Position numbers and translations under genes: made by a program. The notes under the pieces were generated by a model. That model was not told the origin of the DNA, searched no databases, and was given only the letters and a program-made list of their open reading frames with translations. From Podarcis muralis (taxonomy: Eukaryota), in assembly GCF_964188315.1 (NCBI RefSeq), contig NC_135670.1:27280001-27344000 (forward strand): a stretch of 64,000 nucleotides of DNA, written 5' to 3'. Numbering within the stretch: position 1 is the stretch's first letter; every line of letters starts with the position of its first letter. Shown one piece after another: positions 15,001 to 29,868 of the stretch.

Positions 15001-17831
15001 TAGTCTTTTTTTAAAACAGAGATTATAGATTTTTTTTAAAAAATATACATATAAACAGTAATGAACAATACCCACCCTCTAGCCCTCAATAGGAAAAGAC
15101 TAAACTACCAACAGCTTATCTCAAAACAAAAGAGTTTGCTATCAGGCTATTTTCACCCTCCCAACACCCCAAAAGTGAGCAACACCAACCCAAGCAATCC
15201 AAAACAGTAACTCCAGCAGCTGCCTGTACCAACAGATGTAATGAGCTTTATTTGGAAAAATAAAACAAAATGAATACAACTTACTTGTGTAGTCACTGAG
15301 TGTGTAGAGAACTGTAATAAGGTTATCTAAACAAGGCCAGTGGTCTGGATTACAGGTGAGTCCTTCTTCAAAGGCATGGCGTGCCAGAGGCAGGCGCATC
15401 AGTCTGAGTGCCACATGCCCAATCTTATACCACAGGTTGACGTCTGTCGAGTCTAGCATTACAGCCTGGAAAACACAGTACAGTGGTGCCTCGCAAGACG
15501 AAAAGAATACGTTCCACAATTCTCTTCGTCTAGCGGTTTTTTCGTCTTGCGAAGCAAGCCCATTGACAGCTTAGCGGATTAGCGCTACAGCGGTCTAGCG
15601 GCTTTCAGCGATCAGCTGTTAAGCGGCTTATCAGCGGAACAGCTGATAAGCGGCTTAGCGCCTTAGGAAAAGGGGGGGGGGGAGCGAAAAAAACCCGCGG
15701 GGACTCGCAAGATTTTTTCGTCTTGTGAAGCAACCCCATAGGGAAATTCGTTTTGCGAAGCGCCTCCAAAACGGAAAACCCTTTCGTCTAGTGGGTTTTC
15801 CGTCTTGCGAGGCGTTCGTCTTGCGGGGCACCACTGTATATAACAATACACTTTTACATACACACACAAGTGTAAATTGTACCCACAATGGAACCTGGAA
15901 GTTGCACTAACAGTTTGGGGTTACAAGGCTCTAGTGTAAGAGTGGTGAATCCTGGATCCGGCCCACCAAGCCTCGGCCTTCCTCGTGGCTGAGTGTTGCG
16001 GCTTAGCGCCCCAGGATCCTCTCTGCTGCAGCATTAAATGCATGTGAGGCAGAAACTCTGGCCCTGGTGAGTGTGAAGGAGAGATGCCTGTACCTCCAAG
16101 TAGAACTCCATGGCCGTCTCAAAGTCATCGCGCTGTGCTGCGAGCTGAGCTAAGTTTTTGTAAGTAGAATACTTTAGCATCAAGCCCGGGTGCTTTAAGC
16201 CCTCCCTCTCATCACCAGATGGAATTGCCTGAAAATTGTAGACGAGAGATGCAGTTTGAGATAAAAACCTTCATTAATAACACAGAATGATTACAAACCC
16301 GCCAGGCGCCAGCGTGCATCATTCCAGAGCACCCGAGGGACTTCAAAAAGCAAAGCAGACACTGTTGTAAAATACAATCAGTATCAAATACCCCACAGAC
16401 CCACTACAACAAATACTGGGGGGGGGGGGGGGTTGCCCTCTCTCTGCTTATTAAGAAACTCCAGAGGATTGAAGGCCCAGCGAGCCGCTTAACCACCTCT
16501 AGAAATGGATATCTATTATCCAACCACTCAAATCTTCATGCAGAAGAGCAGATGCTCTGCACGCAGAAGACACAAGGCGCCATCTTCAGTGAAACAGGGA
16601 TCTCAAGTAGCAGCTAACAGGGAAAGACCCTGGAGAGCCCCCAACAATCAGTGGAGATTGTTGAAAACAAGCAGCATTTTAGTGAAACAGCATCTAAAGT
16701 CTAAATTCTTACAAAAAAATGAAGGTTTGGAAGAGTGGATCATCACACTACTGACCTATGATGAGCATTCAAATGCTCATCAGGTTATTGAATAATTCTG
16801 ATGCCCACTGAGCTTAAAAATGCTGGACATGATTCAGCGTATATTTCACAAAGAGATACTCTGACATTTGCCCCCACTCAGGAGCTTCCTCCCACTGGTA
16901 TGTTATTGGTGGCTCACAACCTGGCAAACTTGGGGCCATCAAACTCCCGAGCCTCAGCTCAACAAAAGACCTTCTCATGGTTGAGCCTGAGATTGCTGTA
17001 GGTCTCCACAAGGTGAGTGCTTGTAGCAGAGAGAGCGGACCACACACCCCACACCACCTAGTAGGAGGAAAGCATTACCCACATTGATCCCATTTCACTG
17101 ACCTCTCGCAGGAGGCGAGTTTCAAGCAGTTCATGGTAAGCTTTGGCAGATTCTTCAAAGAGGTCATGTTTCTGAAGGTCCAAAGCTTTATGGTACAAGG
17201 CAAATGCTTCTGCTTCCTAGAGATCAAAATTGACATTCTAATTAACTGACTTTGCTCAGAGCAGAAGAAAACACCAGTTCAGGGCTTACAGCAGAACTTT
17301 GCTTACTTGTGCCTCCTTTGTCTGTGTTTTGTGGCTTTTAAAGGTCCCTTCATGGTCATCTTCAACAGTGGAACTGGCATTCAATGCTGCAATCCTGATC
17401 TAGAAGTGGGACAAAAAAGCAGTAGTGTGTGCTGCTGATAAATCCATTGCAATGGGTGGTCTCTAACGTACTATCAGAATTTCAACAGTTTCTCCCTCAA
17501 AACACCCATTAACAAATAGGGGGGGGGGGATATGGGACATCAGTAACCATTGTTGAAGGAAGAGAGCCAGAGGGAAGATACAGCCACTTTGCCAGGGAAT
17601 AGTGAAGCCATTTGGATTACAGTTATTAACTTCTCTATGAAGAGTTAATAAGTAACAGTCTAATAGCATGCACCAACACCAGATTAGAATACAAAGGGGA
17701 AAGAGAAGTGGAGTTCCCACACAAATAGAAGAGCAAGCCAGATGTATCTATGGGGAAGCAGTATCCAGCTTTCACTGAGACCTGCCACCACAACTTTTTC
17801 TAAATAAAGGAGTCAATGGCTACTTTACCAT
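1..17831 (-). CDS. CABIN1: Calcineurin-binding protein cabin-1 (HIRA/HUCA complex subunit), 5' 25 coding exons, about 1332 codons; gene continues off the left edge
   Basis: Exons in transcript order: 17829-17831 (ATG; whole exon 17829-17888), 17307-17399, 17103-17216, 16094-16228, 15285-15465, 14382-14511, 13843-13992, 13321-13598, 12617-12785, 11690-11826, 11244-11461, 10095-10173, 9454-9644, 8638-8784, 7970-8164, 7077-7313, 5703-5871, 4593-4714, 4229-4390, 3342-3548, 2555-2700, 1698-1959, 1303-1563, 351-502, 1-58 (partial). All introns are GT-AG and phases are consistent. Peptides [47 protein letters not shown] and [16 protein letters not shown] match vertebrate CABIN1 as recalled. Confidence 0.97.
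3665..3808 (+). mobile_element. tRNA(Lys)-derived SINE with CR1-type 3' tail
   Basis: gttggtagagcatgaggctcttaatctcagggtc..gggttcaagcccc (A/B boxes, CTT anticodon arm), then ggactagatgacc...gattctatg. Not a functional tRNA because the acceptor stem is decayed. Confidence 0.65.
3992..4042. repeat. (GGA)17 microsatellite
   Basis: Direct reading. Confidence 0.95.
6375..6503. other. Assembly gap (129 N)
   Basis: N run. Confidence 1.
7610..7770 (-). mobile_element. CR1-like 3' end
   Basis: aagagccctgctggatcaggccaatggcccatcta, the reverse complement of a typical squamate CR1 3' end (recalled). Confidence 0.5.
9019..9376 (-). mobile_element. Sauria SINE, full length
   Basis: tRNA-like head gggacgcgggtggcgctg on the minus strand, (ACCTTT)n tail, about 14-bp TSD tg(c/t)tgaattaggta. 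Confidence 0.9.
12093..12334. mobile_element. Tc1/mariner (Tigger/pogo-like) MITE, family 1
   Basis: TIR cagtggtacctcgggtta, TA TSD on both sides, internal taacctgaa repeats. Confidence 0.88.
15481..15836. mobile_element. Tc1/mariner-type MITE, family 2
   Basis: TIR cagtggtgcc(t/c)cgcaagacgaa, TA TSD, central ttagcggc-type minisatellite. Confidence 0.88.
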
Positions 17832-17884
17832 CTTTGAAGACTCAGTGTTGCCATTCGCCACCTCTGTTGGTTCAGTTCACTCAT
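17829..17884 (-). other. Upstream ORF (18 aa, [18 protein letters not shown]) in the CABIN1 5' UTR exon; TGA completed by splicing
   Basis: uATGs at 17884 and 17854 share one frame, which is out of frame with the main ATG (17831). The exon ends ..AGA TG and the next exon starts with A. Confidence 0.6.
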
Positions 17885-18526
17885 GAATCTAAGGAGCAAA
17901 ACCCACATAATTTATTGATCAAACTAGAATCGTCTGCCCTGCAACAGAGCACATTGCCACAGAAGGGCAAATGCTCGCTGAAACACTGAAATATTACTTC
18001 CAGTTGGATTTAAAAGAAACCCTGAGACATCCCAAACTAATAGATGTCTATTAGTTGAGAAATGCAAGAGATTTCTCAAGCTCCTGTTATGGGAAGTAAA
18101 CGACATGTGGAAACCCAGAGCGAGCTTGTGAAGCCAGAAGAGATGGCACCAAGCTGGTGCATCTACAGATACTCCCAAAACAAACTGAGCTCCCTTCCCA
18201 TCTCAAAAATTGATTTAGGAAGAGTGTCCACTTACACAGAGGAAGCACAATCCTTTGGGCATCATACGTATATGAACAAAAGGCCCAAACCAATGCTTTT
18301 ATATACCACCATCAATATAATGTCACCCAAGCAAACAACAAGACAACAGAGGCTGTCCGTTACAGCAAATCAGAGAACCATGTCCACCCAGCACAGCACT
18401 GAAGGGGCAGCTGCTCTCCAGGATTTGAAGCAGGGAGTCTCTCCCACCCCCAACTAGGGATACCAAAGACCTGAGTGCCAGTCCCTTCTGCGTGCAAGCC
18501 TTTCATCCATGCTGCCCAGGGCTGCG

Positions 18527-18824
18527 GAGCATGGGATATGCCAGCAGGCCTTTGCAGCAGAACCAGAGCTCAAGAGGGAGGGCAGCAGCACCGGCAGGAA
18601 CTGAGAAAGATACCAGCCTCCTTGCCCATCCGCTGGCTGCTCTGACTGGCAACAGCTGTCCAGGCTTGCAGAGTGCAGAGCATGGGTCAGGCCAGCAGGC
18701 CTTTGCAGCAGAACCAGAGCTCAAGAGGGAGGGCAGCAGCACCGGCAGGAACAGAGAAAGATACCAGCCTCCTTGCCCATCCGCTGGCTGCTCTGACTGG
18801 CAACAGCTGTCCAGGCTCGCAGAG
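18527..18824. repeat. Direct tandem duplication, period 151 bp, 2 copies
   Basis: ccagcaggcctttgcagcagaaccagagctc...caggct(t/c)gcagag starts at 18541 and again at 18692, near-identical. Confidence 0.9.
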
Positions 18825-18899
18825 AAGGCTGGGGCCCAGCACCTGCAGGCTTGAGGTGCTGAGCACTGCAAAGCCAAGAGCTCTGCCGCTGAGAAGCTT

Positions 18900-21930
<3,031 letters not shown>

Positions 21931-22566
21931 GTTGGCCAAAGACCCCCGAAGACCAGTGCCAACATCCCCACCAGCTCCGGGGACCCCTCTCTTGGGGGAA
22001 GGGGAGTTACTCATTTTCTCTTCAGACCCACTTCTCGAAAAGGTCTTTTGCTGTCCCACCACCCTTCATTTTGCCTGAGCTCCCTCTGCCTCAGTGGGAG
22101 TTCTCTTTTACGTGTCTTTGTTTTCTCGAAAAGCCATTGAGTCGCATCCCATGAACAATTAAAAAACACATGTGTTCCCTTCCAGTGCTTGTTTCTTGAA
22201 GATGAGACTCGGCCTTCCGCTCAGCCATGACTGCAGGGAATATAAGGCCAAAGCCCCAGAGTTATTATCACGAGGGTCAGAAGGGTTGTTGTAAAGCACT
22301 TTGCTGGCAGGTAGGTGCCAGAGGCAGGAATCATAATTGGAGAGAAGCCAAAACAGTCGCTGCAGCTTTGCCTCTGATCCAGGGTTTCCTCTCCCCCTCC
22401 CCTTCCAAAAGGGCAATGAAACCTCAAGGTTATTTTTATGCTCATCCTTTTACTGCTTACCTATTCTTTAAAAAGTAAACTGTCCACTTGGTAGAGCTGG
22501 TCAAGGTCTCTCCTGTGCACAGCATTATGCACGAATCCTCCATCCCCGCAAAGTGTTTGGCTGCTT

Positions 22567-22931
22567 AAAAAAAGGTAAAGGGACCCCTGACCATTAAGTC
22601 CAGTCGTGACCGACTCTGGGGTTGCGGCGCTCATCTCACTTTATTGGCCAAGGGAGCCGGCGTTTGTCCGCAGACAGCTTCCAGGTCATGTGGCCAGCAT
22701 GACTAAGCCGCTTCTGGCGAATCAGAGCAGCGCACGGAAACGCCGTTTACATTCCCGCCGGAGTGGTACCTATTTATCTACTTGCACTTTGACGTGCTTT
22801 TGAACTGCTAGGTTGGCAGGAGCAGGGACCGAGCAACGGGAGCTCACCCCGTCGCAGGGATTCGAACCGCCGACCTTCTGATCGGCAAATCCTAGGCTCT
22901 GTGGTTTAAGCCACAGTGCCACCCGTGTCCC
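22567..22931 (-). mobile_element. Sauria SINE, second subfamily
   Basis: Head, body and tail present; TSD tttggctgctt at 22556-22566 and 22932-22942. Confidence 0.9.
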
Positions 22932-23344
22932 TTTGGCTGCTTTACCAAGGTTTAAAAAGAAAAAAGCCTGAATGTAGCTGGGAGTACACAGCTTTTAAGC
23001 ATCCTCGAAAACCACCTCACCTACTGCAGGAAACTCTAGAAAGACCCACAATGCAACAGCTTCCTGAAAAAGGGGGCAACTGGAAGTATTGCAGACTCCT
23101 GACCCAAAAAGCCCCTGGCTGAGCCCTGCAAAGCACAGCGGACTCTTCCAATGCCACTGACTGGAGTTTTATGTTCCCATAGCTGGAACAGAGGCAGATT
23201 TAGGGGAGTGCGACCGGTTTGCCTGCATTGGGTGCTGAGCCAAATTTTGGCATTGCACACGGCTGAAATGTTAAAGCCCAAAGTCCACCACTGGCTGGAG
23301 GGTGTGATTCTGCGCTTCAGAGCGAGGTTTTGAACATGTGGGAT

Positions 23345-23510
23345 GGAACATACAAAGCATGACCATGTAGCTCAGTATTGTCTGCACTGACTGGCAGCCG
23401 TGGCTCTCTAGGGAACATTCCCTGCCCTACCTGGAGATGCCGTTGGGGGACTGAATCTGGCACCTTCTGCATGCAAAGCAGCCGCCCTACCACTCAGCTG
23501 TGGCTCTTCT
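23345..23510 (-). mobile_element. Degenerate tRNA-derived SINE (Squam3-like)
   Basis: ctacctggagatgcc...ccttctgcatgcaaagcag...ctaccactcagct; similar remnants at about 3890-3985 and 8455-8495. Confidence 0.5.
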
Positions 23511-23965
23511 GTTGACAGATCAGGAAGCAGGGAAAGAGACCCACAGCTCTAGGGGTCTGCGTGTGCTGGCAAAGAGCCCCTTGCTCGCTCGCTCGTTCTT
23601 TGAGCTGCTTCACACAGGTAGAGATAGATGGGTGGGAAATGGCTCTGGGGACAACCAGCCAATCTGAGAGGGGCAGGGACTTGGCCTGCCAATCCTTGCT
23701 CCTTCCCCAAAGGGGTCATCTAGAAACATTAGTTGCCGTTGAGCAAATTTCCAGGTATCAGCCAGGAACCAAAAAGCAGTCTCCCCACCTGCCCTTCTTG
23801 GTTTTCTGTTTGAAACGGCATTGATGAAAGAAAAGGGCAAACTCCATCGGGGACTTACATGGGGATCATTTTATCCGAGGTGGTCACTTTATGTTGGCTT
23901 CAGTTCCCCTTTAAAATGAGGATGAGGCAGACACATGCCTCAGTGGTTATGGGGAGGATGCTCTA

Positions 23966-24313
23966 AGGTAAAAGGTAAAGGTACCCCTGCCCGTATGGGC
24001 CAGTCTTGCCAGACTCTGGGGTTGTGCGCCCATCTCACTCAAGAGGCCGGGGGCCAGCGCTGTCCGCAGACACTTCCGGGTCACGTGGCCAGCATGATGA
24101 AGCTACTCTGGCGAACGGAAACACCATTTACCTTCCCGCTAGAAAGCGGTCCCTATTTATCTACTTGCACCCAGGGGTGCTTTCGAACTGCTAGTTTGGC
24201 AGGTGCTGGGACTGAGCAACAGGAGCGCACCCCGCCGCGGGGATTCGAACTGCCGACCTTTCGATCGGCAAGCCCTAGGCGCTGAGGCTTTTACCCACAG
24301 CGCCACCCGCGTC
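23966..24313 (-). mobile_element. Sauria SINE
   Basis: Same consensus as 9019-9376; degenerate 13-bp TSD ggagg(a/g)tgct(c/t)ta. Confidence 0.9.
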
Positions 24314-24804
24314 GGAGGGTGCTTTAGGTAAAGGCAAAAAAAAGCCCTCAACGCTACAGTGAGAAGCACTAAGCCCAGGTGACTTGGCAAAGGTGCCCTG
24401 CACCTGGGCCCAGCCCATACCAATCTGCCACACCCTCTTCTCACATTCCTGCTCCCCTCCCTCCCTATCTAACAGATGCTCACAATGGTACCCAGCCAAG
24501 AAAGAGCCAAATATTTGCAGGCAGTTATGAAAGCCTTTCTGCAAACTCTACAATTGGGACGTGATGGATCTTCCTCCAGAGGTCCTTGTTGCATAGAACC
24601 AACGCACAGACACACACACAGTGTGATCCACCGAGGACTGATGAGCAGAAACTTTAAATTGCTGTACATCAAAAGCCTTTTGTGGTTGTTTTCCGTCTGA
24701 TGTCGGAATGTCCTCATTTCAAGCTCTGTCCCCTGAAAGCATAATGAGATCACTGAGGCCTCTTTCATTCCTTGCCCTCATCTCCCCAAATTCCACAATT
24801 TGTA

Positions 24805-25013
24805 CAGTGGTACCTCGGGTTACATACGCTTCAGGTTACAGACTCTGCTAACCTAGAAATAGTACCTCGGGCTAAGAACTTTGCTTCAGGATGAGAACAG
24901 AAAGCGGGCAGCAGCGGTGCGGCAGCAGCGGGAGGCCCCATTAGCTATAGTGGTGCTTCAGGTTAAGAATGGACCTCCGGAACGAATTAAGTATGTAACC
25001 AGAGGTACCACTG
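24805..25013. mobile_element. MITE family 1
   Basis: TIR cagtggtacctc, TA TSD. Confidence 0.85.
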
Positions 25014-25268
25014 TACTTTGAATTCACTGCTTGCAAAATTGCTTGATTTATTATTCTAGGATGATTAATTTTTTTGCAGCATTTCAGGTTATTTTTTTCT
25101 ACATTTAATTTGCAAAAGGTGTCAGTGAGTTCTTTCGCATGTGCATAACAACCAGTCACCCCGTGGCAGAAAACGTGGAACCCCCTCCCTGACAGGGCAA
25201 AGCGGAAAAACCCAGGAGTTGAGAAATACCAGAGCAGAAAGCGAAGGGAGGAGCTTGTAGTGCCCATT

Positions 25269-26517
25269 TTATTTCATCATCTTCAAGAGAAAGGGCTTCA
25301 GTTGGACTTTGAGTGATGGGTCAATGGTCATGTTCCTCATCTCTTGATTGTTCAGGATCCGTGCGTGCGCTTCCGCAAATAGCTCCTTGCCCAGGAACAC
25401 CTCAACCCTTTTGCGCCACTCCTGAAGCTTGGGTCGGCCCTCGAAGGTTTCCCAGCCGGCTCCCATGCACTGGAGAGAGAGAGGGGGCACATGCAGTCAT
25501 CAGGCCTCCACTGTTCCTTCTGATCTCCACCCCAAAGACCTCCAGGCAGGTCCCCTTTCAAGGAAGCCCTCAAGCAGGAGGGAGAAGACTCCTTTTCCTT
25601 TGATTTCCCCAGGGCTGACCTGCATGAGCTCCACGATGGCCACCAGGTCCGCCAGGGAGATCTCGGTACCAATGAGGAAGGGTTGGTCCCTCAGGAACTT
25701 ATCCTCCAGCTTCTGCAGGTTGGTGGTTAGGTCCTCTGTGACATCGTGGAGCTTCTCAGGAGGCAGTTGCTGATTTATGAACATGGGGATCACTACCTGC
25801 CCCACAACGAAAAAGCACCAAAGGTCAAAATCCAGAAGTAGAGCCATAGTGGAGGTGGGGACAAACCACAAGAGAATAACATTACTGTAGGAATGATCGC
25901 TGGGTGTGGAGCACACCTCTGCCCGCGGGCAGCCTCAGCTGTCTGCACGCGTGACCTTGGGGTGCGGAGCACACTCCCCCCCCCCAAAACCCACAGCTGT
26001 CTGAACATCTTGCCCTCTATCTAACATTTTGCTCTCTTAGTGGTCTGCCGTGCCCTGTCTGTGACCTTTGTCTCCTTCGCTATACATTGTGCAAGGGGAA
26101 AGTGACGCGGTGGAAACAGGTGCCAAAATAACCTTGTACCACCCCTCAGTCTTGGGATTGGAAGATGTGTAAAGGTTACAGTCCAAAATGGATCTGCCTG
26201 GTTTTGCATATTGTGCCAATAAAAAGAGCCTCAACAGAGCTAGCTGGCAGCTTGCTTGTGCACAGCTCACCTGCATTGCCAACTCCTGCCTCATGTCCTT
26301 CATTTCACATTACGAGGCCCCAACAGTATATTGTCATGGGGGCATATCTGCCCTCCAAAATGGGTTCGTTTGGTCAGGCAAATGTCAGAGACTCGTTCAC
26401 AGCCCAACCAGGCACTCTCCTACAGTTTGAGCGGTTGGGTCTTGCCCCTTAGATGTTTGTTGGTGTCACAAAATTTGTAGGCTGCCCTGAGAGCTGCGGG
26501 TATAGAGTGGTATATAA

Positions 26518-26548
<31 letters not shown>

Positions 26549-26949
26549 TAAACAAGAGACACTGCACTGGGTGCCAAATTCCATGGGGTATGGGACCAGT
26601 CAAGCCTTGCAGAGGGACCGAGCCACAACCTCACCTTGAGCCAGAAGATCTTGGAGCAGCTGACATGGATGGTGCTTTGCTGCCAAGCCAGGAACTCATC
26701 AACGCGGCCCCGCTTCTTCATATCTGGTGGGTACCAGTGGCTGGGTGTGTTGTACTTCCGGCTCAGGTAAAGGAGGATGGCGGTGCTGTGGGGCCAAAAG
26801 GCAGAGTTGGAGAAGAAGCATCCTTGCCAGGGGCACCTTTCCTTATTACCGGAGCCAGGTAGGTGTAAATTGCCCCACAGAGATGGGGGGGGGGGGAGAG
26901 GAGGAGGAAGCAGCAGGTGGTCCAAATTATTCATTTTCCTATCTGTCTG

Positions 26950-27001
<52 letters not shown>

Positions 27002-27503
27002 TCATCTATCTATCTATCTATCCAGTGGTACCTCTTGTTGTGTATGCCTCTGGTTGCACATGCTCTGGATTACAAGCTCCACTAACACGGAAGTAGCTGC
27101 TGCTGGTACTGCTTGGCCCCAGGATGCAAGCGGAAATCACGCGCCAGAGGCGTGCGCACAGTGGGAGGCCCCATTAGTGAAAGCATACCTTATGTTACAA
27201 GCGGTTTCCGGTTATGAACGGACATCCAGAATGGATTCCGTTTGTAACCAGAGGTAGCACTGTATCTGTTTTGTTTTTGTCGGGTTGGTGTTGGTTAAAT
27301 GTTTAGTTGGGGTTGGTGGTTATTTTAATTTGGGCATAACTCTAAACTGTTTATTATTATTTTTAATGGTTTCTATTGATTTATTGGTTGGTTTGCTGCT
27401 TGTATAGGAATTTTTTTTTTAACATTTGATGTTTTGTTGTGTTTTTAAATATGCTGTAAACTGACCAGAGTGTCTTGGGAAACCCAGCCAGATGGGTGGG
27501 ATA

Positions 27504-27544
<41 letters not shown>

Positions 27545-29868
27545 CTCTCACCTCTCTTCTAAAGTAAAATCTCCATCTTTCAGAACTGGCACTTTCCTTA
27601 AGATGTTGACCTTGTTAAAATCTTCACTAAACTGTTGTCCTGAAAGGAATAAAACAGAAGCACAAACATTACTCAATGAGGCCCCGCAGAAATCTGCACC
27701 CTTCCCCCCCCCCCATGCAGGTTGGCTTCCAAAGCTGTGAACAATTAAAATCCATGCAGATACATCATCTATTGGGAGATCCATGGAGGTGTTTAAGCTA
27801 CAGAGCAGCTCCTACAATGGGAATGGATTTGTTTACATCCTCAGGCAGTTGGTGACACAGTTCAGGTTCCAAGTTCTTCCCTGGGAGACAGGGAGACTTG
27901 TGGCCAGCCGCTGGAGAAAGATGCCCCTACTTTACAAGAGCAGTGCTTCTGACAATTTGCCAAGGATTTTGCACTTTGCTTCCTTCTCCTCCTCCTCCTC
28001 CTCTCCAGCCTTACATCTTTTGGCTGATTAACTCTGTTGCCTGGTCTGATGGGTTATGTTCAAAAGGAGCACTTTGGTGCCTGAAGCCAGGGGACACCCA
28101 CCGTGGCTGAGGGCTTAATCGGAGACCATCACAACCCCTTACAAAATGTGACAAGGCTTTGCACTCAAGAGGGTTGAGTGGGGGAATATAAGAAATAACC
28201 AAAAAAAGAGTCCTGCTGGATGGGACCCCACCCCTTTCCATCCCTTTGGGAAGCTCATAAGCAGGTCATGAAGACAGCCCACCCACCCCCTCTGCTGTTT
28301 CCTCCTAGCAACCAATGGCTCAAAGGTAGACTTTTTCTGCACAGGAAGGCTCCATTATTTATCGTGGCAGAGCATGAGCTTTTGCCTCCTCCATAAAGGT
28401 AAAGGTACCCCTGCCCGTACGGGCCAGTCTTGACAGACTCTAGGGTTGTGCGCCCATCTCACTCAAGAGGCCGTGGGCCAGCGCTGTCCGGAGACACTTC
28501 CGGGTCACGTGGCCAGCGAGACAAAGCTGCTCTGGCAAGCCAGAGCCGCACACGGAAACGCCGTTTACCTTCCCGCTGGTAAGCGGTCCCTATTTATGTA
28601 CTTGCACCCAGGAGTGCTTTCGAACTGCTAGGTTGGCAGGCACTGGGACCGAGCAGCGGGAGCGCACCCCGCCACGGGGATTCGAACCGCCGACCTTCCG
28701 ATCGGCAAGCCCTAGGCGCTGAGGCTTTTACCCACAGCGCCACCCGCGTCCCTGCCTCCTCCATAGGGGTGGCCTATAGAAGAGACCAATTGTGTCCCTT
28801 GTGATTTTGAGTGCGTGTGTCGAATCCTTTCTGCCCTCCTATCCCCCGCAGCTGCAAACTGGGGGGGGGGGGAGGCACTTTCTCTCCCCACCCCTGTGCT
28901 TCCAGTACATTTCCGAGCACAATTCAAAGTGTTGGTGCTGACCTTTAAAGCCCTAAACAGCCTCGGTCCAGTATACCTGAAGGAGCGTCTCCACCCCCAT
29001 CGTTCTGCCCGGACACTGAGGTCCAGCGCTGAGGGCCTTCTGGCGGTTCCCTCGCTGTGAGAAGCGAAGGTGCAGGGAACCAGGCAGAGGGCCTTCTCAG
29101 CAGTGGCACCCACCCTGTGGAATGCCCTCCCACCAGATGTCAAACAGAAAAACAACTACAGTGGTACCTTGGGTTAAGAACTTAATTTGTTCTGGAGGTC
29201 TGTTCTTAACCTGAAACTGTTCTTAACCTGAGGCACCACTTTAGCTAATGGGGCCTCCCACGCCGCAGCCGCCGCCCAATTTCTGTTCTCATCCTGAAGC
29301 AAAGTTCTTAACCCGAGGTACTATTTCTGTGTTAGTGGAGTCTGTAACCTGAAGCGGCTGTAACCCGAGGTACCACTGTACCAGACTTTTAGAAGACATC
29401 TGAAGGCAGCCCTGTTTAGGGAAGCTTTTAATGTTTAATAGGTTATTGTATTTTAGTGTTCTGTTGGAAGCCGCCCAGAGTGGCTGGGGAAACCCANNNN
29501 NNNNNNNNNNNNNNNNNNNNNNNNNNNNNNNNNNNNNNNNNNNNNNNNNNNNNNNNNNNNNNNNNNNNNNNNNNNNNNNNNNNNNNNNNNNNNNNNNNNN
29601 NNNNNNNNNNNNNNNNNNNNNNNNNNNNNAAGGAGGTCAGAGGAAAGGCGAAGTTCCAGAAAAACCTGTTGGGGAAAGGGTGTTACTGGGTCACAATTGG
29701 GGGTGGAAAAAGTGGGAGGGATACTAGGAATCCCCCTCCCTCAAAATCCCAGTTACCTTTAAGCATCTCGATGTTCTTCATCATGAAAGCGATGTTGTTT
29801 TTCTTGGCGAAGATGTAGACCGCCCGGCAGGGCTGGGAGAGCATATCGAGGTAGAGCTCTAGCACCAT
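25269..29868 (-). CDS. Glutathione S-transferase theta, copy A, 242 aa
   Basis: Exons 29757-29868 (112), 27552-27639 (88), 26635-26785 (151), 25620-25796 (177), 25269-25469 (201), the canonical theta exon sizes. Motifs LDMLSQPCR (catalytic Ser11), KVP, ES, ISLADLVA. Poly(A) hexamer at 25047-25052. Confidence 0.95.
26941..27022. repeat. Compound tetranucleotide microsatellite (TCTG/TTTC/TCTA)
   Basis: Direct reading. Confidence 0.9.
27023..27262. mobile_element. MITE related to family 1
   Basis: cagtggtacctc...gaggtagcactg; left TA not intact, next to a (TCTA)n tract. Confidence 0.7.
27512..27542. repeat. (AC)n microsatellite next to the GSTT-A exon 2 donor
   Basis: Direct reading. Confidence 0.9.
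28396..28752 (-). mobile_element. Sauria SINE
   Basis: Perfect 13-bp TSD tgcctcctccata at 28383-28395 and 28753-28765. Confidence 0.92.
28898..29496 (+). mobile_element. L2 LINE 3' fragment (contains a MITE; runs into a gap)
   Basis: Translation LPVHFRAQFKVLVLTFKALNSLGPVYLKERL..RTLRSS is typical of the L2 ORF2 C-terminus. Confidence 0.85.
29159..29378. mobile_element. MITE family 1 inserted into an L2 fragment
   Basis: The host motif aacaacTAccagac, intact in other L2 copies, is split with the TA duplicated. Confidence 0.9.
29497..29629. other. Assembly gap (133 N)
   Basis: N run. Confidence 1.

Noticed and set aside
16650-16785. 11-bp hairpin tgatgagcatt-ca-aatgctcatca with a nearby C-box-like motif and CUGAUGA
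   Set aside because: No GAAA to complete a hammerhead and no snoRNA terminal stem; a short palindrome of plausible chance origin.
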